Shown in pieces: positions 9,650 through 14,831 of a DNA stretch of 14,831 bases. A program made the position numbers and the translations under genes. Numbering within the stretch: position 1 is the stretch's first letter; each line of letters starts with the position of its first letter. Source of the stretch: a virus; the UHGV virus genome UHGV-0322133; one strand, 5' to 3'. A model generated the notes under the pieces. The model did no database searches, was not told where the DNA came from, and saw only the letters and a list, made by a program, of their open reading frames with translations.

Positions 9650-10115
9650 AATAGCCAATGAATACGCAAAATTGATGGATTCAGATTTAGAGCCAGAGAT
9701 GATTGCTGACACAATAGAAGGCATGGAAGGAGAATTTACCGATAAAATAGAGCAACTTCTTGCCATTATTAAAAATGAATCTGGTTATGCTGAACGCCTC
9801 AAGGACGAGGCAAAGTCACTAAATGAGCGAGCCGCAGTAATTCAAAATAAGATTGACAGCATTATGGCGTATATAGCGTCATCGCTTGAAATGGTTGGCA
9901 AGAAAAAGATTCGAGCAGGTATTCACCAGGTAACAATCCGCAAACCGTCAGAAACTGTAGAAATCATCGACTCAAGCGCCCTTCCTCCTGAATACGTTGA
10001 GTTTGAAACGACAATTAAAGCCGACAAACTGGCAATCAAACACCAACTAAAAGCAGGAATAAATATCCCCGGTGCTCAACTCAAAGTTGGGAAACCTTCA
10101 CTTCTTATCAAATAA
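9633..10115 (+). CDS. Gp157-like protein (siphovirus Gp157 family), recombination-module partner
   Basis: GTG start 6 nt after GGAGG (track start 9627 is TTG); VSKLYEIANEYAKLMD N-terminus and predicted coiled coil; directly follows recT. Confidence 0.6.
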   Translation: MSKLYEIANEYAKLMDSDLEPEMIADTIEGMEGEFTDKIEQLLAIIKNESGYAERLKDEAKSLNERAAVIQNKIDSIMAYIASSLEMVGKKKIRAGIHQVTIRKPSETVEIIDSSALPPEYVEFETTIKADKLAIKHQLKAGINIPGAQLKVGKPSLLIK

Positions 10116-10126
10116 CGGTATCGCCT

Positions 10127-10441
10127 ATGAAAAAGACTCCATGGGAGAAATGGGAAGTCGATTTCTTGCGCGAAGTGGCGGCGACAATGCCAGTTGAAGT
10201 TATCGCTGAAAAACTGGAAAGGACTGAAAAAGCAGTAATGGCGAAAGCAACAAGGATTGGCGCTGACATTGTTAGCCGACTTCGTGGAAGACGATGGACA
10301 AGAGCCGAAGTATCACTTTTCGGTAAGTTCTCCGCAGAAGAAATAGCAATTGCAACCTGCCGATCAATTTATTCAGTAAGAGCTATGCGATACAAGCTAA
10401 AAAAACTCGATGAAGAAAGAGCAGGCATACGAATAAATTAA
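10127..10441 (+). CDS. hypothetical protein with two internal W-x3-E...helix repeats (104 aa)
   Basis: Segments [26 protein letters not shown] and [24 protein letters not shown] look like a tandem duplication of a small helical motif. Confidence 0.6.
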   Translation: MKKTPWEKWEVDFLREVAATMPVEVIAEKLERTEKAVMAKATRIGADIVSRLRGRRWTRAEVSLFGKFSAEEIAIATCRSIYSVRAMRYKLKKLDEERAGIRIN

Positions 10442-10457
10442 CAAAGAGGAATTAATC

Positions 10458-10622
10458 ATGAGAGGACTTGCATACAATCCCGGCATTCTTCCGGCAGAAA
10501 TGATTATTCGCCAACGCGTAAAGCCAATGCCATCGAGAGAGGAATTGCTTAAAAGAAAGAGTTTCGGTTCTGTTAATGACAACAAATATCTGAATGCGAT
10601 GTGGCGGAGTGGGAAGAAATGA
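10458..10622 (+). CDS. small hypothetical protein (54 aa)
   Basis: Below the ORF-track cutoff. RBS AAGAGGA; stop overlaps next start (ATGA). Confidence 0.4.
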   Translation: MRGLAYNPGILPAEMIIRQRVKPMPSREELLKRKSFGSVNDNKYLNAMWRSGKK

Positions 10623-11038
10623 AGCAAATGACACTAATTGAGATGGATGGATTTCTGAAAGGTAAATGCATCCCACGAGATTTAAAGGTTAACGAAACAA
10701 ACGCTGAATATCTGGTGCGTAAATTTGCTGAAGCGGAGGCCAAGTGCGCGGCGCTGGCAGCGGAGAATGAGCTGGCTCGTAAAGCAGTTCAGGCATTCTG
10801 CGATGTTGTTGGCGACAACACAGAGGTTATCTGCGAGGAGGTTGGGAGAGATGGCGTTCTGGTTATTTTGGAGGCCATGAAGGCAACAGGAAATATGCCT
10901 GCCACCGATGCTTTCCTGGCTGAAGTACGGGCGCAGGGGGTAGAGATGATGCGCGAACATCCATCAATCAAACTTTGCTCTTTGACGCACATATGTGACG
11001 AGTTAGCCGCCCAGATTCGCAAAGGAGGCAACCAGTGA
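10619..11038 (+). CDS. hypothetical protein (139 aa)
   Basis: ATG at 10619 translationally coupled to the preceding small ORF; internal start of ORF 10601..11038. Confidence 0.6.
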   Translation: MKQMTLIEMDGFLKGKCIPRDLKVNETNAEYLVRKFAEAEAKCAALAAENELARKAVQAFCDVVGDNTEVICEEVGRDGVLVILEAMKATGNMPATDAFLAEVRAQGVEMMREHPSIKLCSLTHICDELAAQIRKGGNQ

Positions 11039-11679
11039 GCAACCGTTTTTACATGATGTGCTCGCGTGAAACTGTGGGTAATAACGCTTCATTCCATTGC
11101 CATAACGGCAATGGTTACAGTTCTAATATCGATCGCGCTCATGTTTACACGCTGGAAGAAGCCCAAAAAGCCTGGAATTGTGGTCGAGATATCGATCAGC
11201 CTGTTTGCGCTGATAGCGTGGATGCAATGGCTGTGTGGCACGTTGATTGCCAGTACATCCCTACAGAAAGCCTGATTGAGCCAGATTGTACTGCGTATGT
11301 GGCCTACAAAAAAGGTAGCTGGAACGGCAACGATGTTTACTGGCTTCAACATGGTGGATTGCCAACAGATGACTTCAGTAAAGCGACCATCTTTAGCGTC
11401 GCCAACAAAAACGAACCAGGAATAGTTTGGTTGCCATTTTCCATTGCTGATGCAGCAAAGCGCCGGACGTTCAATATCAATAACTTTAACCGCAGAACAA
11501 TGGTTCAGGGCGCAGGTTTGGTCATGCCTGACTGGTTGAAAGAGCAGAACAGAAGAAAGAAGTCGCGAAGCGGGAAGGTGCGTTGGAATTGTCCGCATTG
11601 CGGAAAAATAACTTGGCAGTACAGCCCATATGATTTTGAAGGCTGTAGTGATTACAACTGTGAAGGATGGCGAGAATGA
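11035..11679 (+). CDS. hypothetical Cys/His-rich protein with C-terminal CxxC zinc-ribbon-like motif (214 aa)
   Basis: GTG start 6 nt after GGAGG, overlapping the previous stop; ...RWNCPHCGKITWQYSPYDFEGCSDYNCEGW. Confidence 0.6.
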   Translation: MSNRFYMMCSRETVGNNASFHCHNGNGYSSNIDRAHVYTLEEAQKAWNCGRDIDQPVCADSVDAMAVWHVDCQYIPTESLIEPDCTAYVAYKKGSWNGNDVYWLQHGGLPTDDFSKATIFSVANKNEPGIVWLPFSIADAAKRRTFNINNFNRRTMVQGAGLVMPDWLKEQNRRKKSRSGKVRWNCPHCGKITWQYSPYDFEGCSDYNCEGWRE

Positions 11680-12371
11680 CAATTGACTATCAGGTACTGC
11701 GTGAGGCGGCAGAACGTGCAATGCCGGCAATGGAACGCCTGTTAATGTTGCCAGCTGATGATGACTTGTTAAGTGAACAGGAACTTAAAGATTACGGTGT
11801 GGATATTGATGCGCTCAACGCCTTCAAATTTCTGACCGGACCAGAAACCGTGCTGGCACTGCTGGATGAACGGGAAAGAAACCTGCAATACATCAAAAGC
11901 CGCGATCAGGAGAACGAGGATATTGCGCTAACGGTAGGGAAGCTGCGCGTTGAGCTTGAAGCAGCAAAATCAAAACTCAACGAGCAGCGTGAGTATTACG
12001 AAGGTGTTATCTCGGATGGAAGTAAGCGTATTGCTGAACTGGAGAAAAGCGAAGAGCAACTCATTAACGAGCGTGACCATGCTGAGTCTGCTTTAGCTGA
12101 TATGTACTTTGCAGCAACCGGGGATAGGCCGGAGTGGAGTAACTGGTTCGGCTTTTCAAATGCCGTAGATGCCGTGGTTGACAGAATTGCTGATTTAGAA
12201 GCTAAACAGCCATCACCAGTAGTACCGGAAGGACTGGTTAAAGCAGTGTGCTTCTATGAACAGGTTAAGCGTGAAAATCCGCCAGTCGAAACCGGAGCAT
12301 GGAAAGACGCTGTTGACTGGGTTCTCGAAGAGGCTTGTCAGGCTGTAAACATTGGCATCAAAGGAGAGTGA
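11676..12371 (+). CDS. hypothetical coiled-coil protein (231 aa; possibly Ead/Ea22-like)
   Basis: ATG overlapping the previous stop (ATGA); central heptad-like region KLRVELEAAKSKLNEQREYYEG. Confidence 0.6.
   Translation: MTIDYQVLREAAERAMPAMERLLMLPADDDLLSEQELKDYGVDIDALNAFKFLTGPETVLALLDERERNLQYIKSRDQENEDIALTVGKLRVELEAAKSKLNEQREYYEGVISDGSKRIAELEKSEEQLINERDHAESALADMYFAATGDRPEWSNWFGFSNAVDAVVDRIADLEAKQPSPVVPEGLVKAVCFYEQVKRENPPVETGAWKDAVDWVLEEACQAVNIGIKGE
12355..12371 (+). repeat. 17-bp direct repeat GCATCAAAGGAGAGTGA, copy 1 (gene-junction linker)
   Basis: Identical to 12849..12865; spans the last codons of one gene and the RBS of the next. Confidence 0.8.
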
Positions 12372-12373
12372 GA

Positions 12374-12865
12374 ATGCAAATTTCACCGGTTACTCTTCGT
12401 GTTGCGAAGGCGTTTATATCCAGACATCACCGACACAATAAACCACCTGTTGGGCATAAATTCAGCATTGGTCTGAGAAATGATGCCGGAGAATTGATAG
12501 GTGTGGCGACAGCTGGTAGACCTGTTGCACGACATTTGGACGATGGATTAACACTTGAAGTAAATCGCACATGTACCACAGGAGAACGCAACGCTAACAG
12601 CGCGCTTTATGGTGCTGTCTGGCGGGCAGCAAAAGCTATGGGTTATCAACGTTGTATTACGTACACCCAGGCAGATGAATCAGGAGCATCTCTTCGCGCA
12701 GCTGGTTTTGTTCGTGTGAAAGAGCTTCCTCCAAGAAAAAGCTGGGCGGAATCAAGCGTCGCCCTGCGGAGTAAACGCGATCCGGTCGGAAACGGTGGTG
12801 TTCCTCGTGTGCTTTGGGAAATCAGGAGAATGAGTACCACTGGCATTCGCATCAAAGGAGAGTGA
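12374..12865 (+). CDS. hypothetical protein, possibly GNAT-like fold (163 aa)
   Basis: RBS AAAGGAG at internal ATG of ORF 12335..12865; bracketed by the 17-bp direct repeat. Confidence 0.6.
   Translation: MQISPVTLRVAKAFISRHHRHNKPPVGHKFSIGLRNDAGELIGVATAGRPVARHLDDGLTLEVNRTCTTGERNANSALYGAVWRAAKAMGYQRCITYTQADESGASLRAAGFVRVKELPPRKSWAESSVALRSKRDPVGNGGVPRVLWEIRRMSTTGIRIKGE
12849..12865 (+). repeat. 17-bp direct repeat GCATCAAAGGAGAGTGA, copy 2
   Basis: Identical to 12355..12371; extended match CATT(G/C)GCATCAAAGGAGAGTGA. Confidence 0.8.
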
Positions 12866-12866
12866 T

Positions 12867-13064
12867 ATGGATAAAAACACCACTGCTTACTGGAATCTGT
12901 CACTTGATACCGAATGCCCCAAATGCGGTCACAATTTCGATCTGCTTTGTGACGCTGATTTCTGGGAGTTTTCTGGAGCTAAACAGGCATGTGAAGAAAT
13001 AAAAGGTTACGAAACATGCTGTCCAGAATGTAACCATGAATTTAAAACAGATTTCGTGTATTGA
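12867..13064 (+). CDS. small zinc-ribbon protein (65 aa)
   Basis: CPKCGHN ... CCPECNH pairs of CxxC; RBS AAAGGAGAGTGAT. Confidence 0.6.
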   Translation: MDKNTTAYWNLSLDTECPKCGHNFDLLCDADFWEFSGAKQACEEIKGYETCCPECNHEFKTDFVY

Positions 13065-13074
13065 GGCATAACAA

Positions 13075-13707
13075 ATGACCACTATTACCAGAGAACAGGC
13101 GCAGAAAATTATTGAAGCAGCCGATGAGGTTATTAGTGCGCTTGCCGGAACTAACGAGGATGTTCACCCTGGTAGCGATAACATGCTACGTCTGTGGGAT
13201 GACCTGAATGACCGTTACGCGCCCCCGGAAGTTGTGCGTGAGCTGGCACGAATTGCACTGGCATCACTGGAAGCAGAGCCTGTAAGCCAAACTTACAACT
13301 TGCCAGAATTAATCGAAGGCATGGAGGTTTCCATTGATGTAAGCACTTGTGATGCGGATTTAGGTAATCGCTATTTCGGTACCGTAACCGAGGCGTTAGA
13401 ACTTGATACAGCCAAGAATGGTTACATCCTCCTAGTTCAGGACGCAGAGCCAAACTTCGATATAAATGGCAACTCTCCGGTAATTCCGGATGGTTGGATA
13501 AGCTGTAGTGAGCGAATGCCGAAAAAGAATCAGAACGTACTTATTTCGGTGAATTTCGATAGTGATCTGGTTGAGCCGCTAATATGCTCCGCACGCTATA
13601 CCGGAAGTACCTTTCGGCGAGGACAAGCAACGATTAAGCCGGGTAATGGTATTGAGCAGGCAACTCACTGGATGCCGCTACCGGAACCGCCGCAGGAGGT
13701 AAAATGA
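13075..13707 (+). CDS. hypothetical protein with C-terminal DUF551-like domain (210 aa)
   Basis: C-terminal segment WISCSERMPKKNQNVLI...ATHWMPLPEPP resembles DUF551 as recalled. Confidence 0.6.
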   Translation: MTTITREQAQKIIEAADEVISALAGTNEDVHPGSDNMLRLWDDLNDRYAPPEVVRELARIALASLEAEPVSQTYNLPELIEGMEVSIDVSTCDADLGNRYFGTVTEALELDTAKNGYILLVQDAEPNFDINGNSPVIPDGWISCSERMPKKNQNVLISVNFDSDLVEPLICSARYTGSTFRRGQATIKPGNGIEQATHWMPLPEPPQEVK

Positions 13708-13964
13708 TGGATGTAAAAGAGAAGGTTTTGCAGGTGATGCGTTCCCGTGCTGCCCTGCAAGAGAAAGCTCTCGGCGGGGAATATCCATTCACGATAGCAA
13801 CCTGGAATCTGCGGTTGGCAATGGAGAAGGAATTTCCTGATGAAGAATGGCGTTCGGCAGATTTGCGCAAAATTCTTATGGAGCTGGCTAAAGACGGAGC
13901 AGTATCCAAAGATACCTATGCCAGCCGGATTGGTCAGGCGGTATGGAGACTGGAGGTGCGGTAA
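13704..13964 (+). CDS. hypothetical protein (86 aa)
   Basis: RBS GGAGGTAAA; start overlaps the previous stop (ATGA). Confidence 0.6.
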   Translation: MMDVKEKVLQVMRSRAALQEKALGGEYPFTIATWNLRLAMEKEFPDEEWRSADLRKILMELAKDGAVSKDTYASRIGQAVWRLEVR

Positions 13965-14003
13965 TGGCTAACCTGCAACTTGCCGTCAAAGGTGAATAAC
14001 AAT

Positions 14004-14030
14004 CCTCGCACTCGCGGGGATTTCTTTTAT
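14004..14030 (+). terminator. candidate rho-independent terminator, first of a tandem pair
   Basis: Stem CCTCGC/GCGGGG (one G-U pair) followed by ATTTCTTTTA. Confidence 0.4.
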
Positions 14031-14034
14031 CTGA

Positions 14035-14059
14035 ACTCGCTACGGCGAGTTTTGTTTTA
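14035..14059 (+). terminator. rho-independent terminator
   Basis: Stem ACTCGC/GCGAGT with loop TACG followed by TTTGTTTTA. Confidence 0.55.
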
Positions 14060-14070
14060 TGGAGATGATT

Positions 14071-14370
14071 ATGGCCTGTTCAACATTCAACCCTTTAACG
14101 TTACAGAAATACCAGCCAGACCCTGAAGATTTATGCTCACTGTGTGGAGTAAATCATGGTAAAGCCGCCATGATCGAATGTAAGGACAAAATCCACATTT
14201 GCCTTAATTGCGTTGATGTCCTCGTTGATATCAAAAATGAGAGAGAAGATAAAAAGCGTAACGAGGCTATTCGCGCATTAGATTCATGGATGCGAGATGG
14301 GTATAGTGCTGCGCAAATTTATGACTTAGCAATATCAAAAGGCGAAATACCAGGTGTGCGAATCGAATAA
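14071..14370 (+). CDS. hypothetical protein with CxxC...CxxC motif (99 aa)
   Basis: GGAG RBS 6 nt upstream of the ATG at 14071; CSLCGVNHG...CLNCVD. Confidence 0.5.
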   Translation: MACSTFNPLTLQKYQPDPEDLCSLCGVNHGKAAMIECKDKIHICLNCVDVLVDIKNEREDKKRNEAIRALDSWMRDGYSAAQIYDLAISKGEIPGVRIE

Positions 14371-14405
14371 GAAGCGCACTCAAGCATCTTTTGGAGAAAT
14401 CACTA

Positions 14406-14573
14406 ATGCACTTCCGAGTCACAGGTGAATGGAATGGAGAACCATTCAACAGAGTTATCGAAGCAGAGAACATCAACGACTGCTATGACCACTGGATGAT
14501 ATGGGCGCAGATAGCACATGCAGACGTAACCAATATTTGTATTGAAGAACTGAAAGAACACCAAGCCGCCTGA
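14406..14573 (+). CDS. small hypothetical protein (55 aa)
   Basis: RBS GGAGAAA before internal ATG of ORF 14391..14573; followed by a terminator. Confidence 0.4.
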   Translation: MHFRVTGEWNGEPFNRVIEAENINDCYDHWMIWAQIAHADVTNICIEELKEHQAA

Positions 14574-14588
14574 TGGCGGTTTTTTATT
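14565..14588 (+). terminator. rho-independent terminator
   Basis: Stem GCCGCC/GGCGGT with loop TGAT (containing the stop codon) followed by TTTTTTATT. Confidence 0.55.
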
Positions 14589-14630
14589 GCCTGATTTGCA
14601 GGTTCGATTCCCTATTCGGAGATAGCACTC

Positions 14631-14831
14631 ATGCAACACGAACTACAACCTGATTCACTGGTTGATTTGAAATTCATCATGGCTGATACTGGCTTCGGTA
14701 AAACCTTCATCTATGACCGGATTAAGTCCGGCGACCTGCCAAAAGCCAAAGTTATCCACGGGCGAGCAAGATGGTTATATCGTGACCATTGTGAATTCAA
14801 AAATAAGCTCTTAAGCCGCGCCAATGGGTAA
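14631..14831 (+). CDS. AlpA/Xis-family small DNA-binding protein (putative excisionase or regulator)
   Basis: 66-aa product with HTH-like segment LVDLKFIMADTGFGKTFIYDRIKSGDLPKA; RBS GGAGA; sits at the int-proximal end of the PL operon. Confidence 0.55.
   Translation: MQHELQPDSLVDLKFIMADTGFGKTFIYDRIKSGDLPKAKVIHGRARWLYRDHCEFKNKLLSRANG

Noticed and set aside
10397-11031. Minus-strand ORFs 10397..10627, 10452..10676, 10682..10960 and 10789..11031
   Set aside because: All antisense to the coupled plus-strand accessory genes; no independent support.
11089-11730. 213-aa minus-strand ORF
   Set aside because: Fully antisense to the coupled plus-strand gene 11035..11679; composition Ser/Leu/Pro-rich as expected for an antisense frame; no RBS context.
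14598-14630. GGTTCGATTCC, a tRNA T-loop-like motif upstream of the xis-like gene
   Set aside because: Flanking sequence does not form a T-stem or acceptor stem; no cloverleaf can be built, so it is not a tRNA or tRNA fragment I can support.

Overview
This window reads as the early/immunity region of a mosaic lambdoid prophage, with an insertion-sequence remnant at the left edge. All calls come from reading the sequence and ORF track by eye and from recalled protein families; no database search was run. Left to right: an IS21-family (IS100-like) fragment (istB 5' part plus the 3' end of istA) abuts a truncated C5-cytosine-methyltransferase-like gene of the nin region; then, on the minus strand (rightward phage operon), ninE, ninB, a three-gene small-protein cassette, a tR2-like terminator, a DnaB-family helicase, an O-like initiator with an internal iteron origin, cII with an oop-like antisense terminator, nutR and cro. 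The OR1-3 operators and the Cro/CI proteins match phage 434 immunity. On the plus strand (leftward operon): cI, a translationally coupled secreted-protein gene at the rexAB position, OL/PL, a lambda-type nutL, N, two unknown genes (one strongly acidic), cIII, kil, a RecT/Gp157-like recombination module, a run of small accessory genes and an AlpA/Xis-like gene at the right edge. No rRNA, tRNA or CRISPR is present. The most interesting candidates for undescribed accessory functions are the cI-coupled secreted protein, the two-membrane-protein cassette between tR2 and ninB, the acidic proteins next to N and upstream of recT, and a single gene bracketed by a perfect 17-bp direct repeat.
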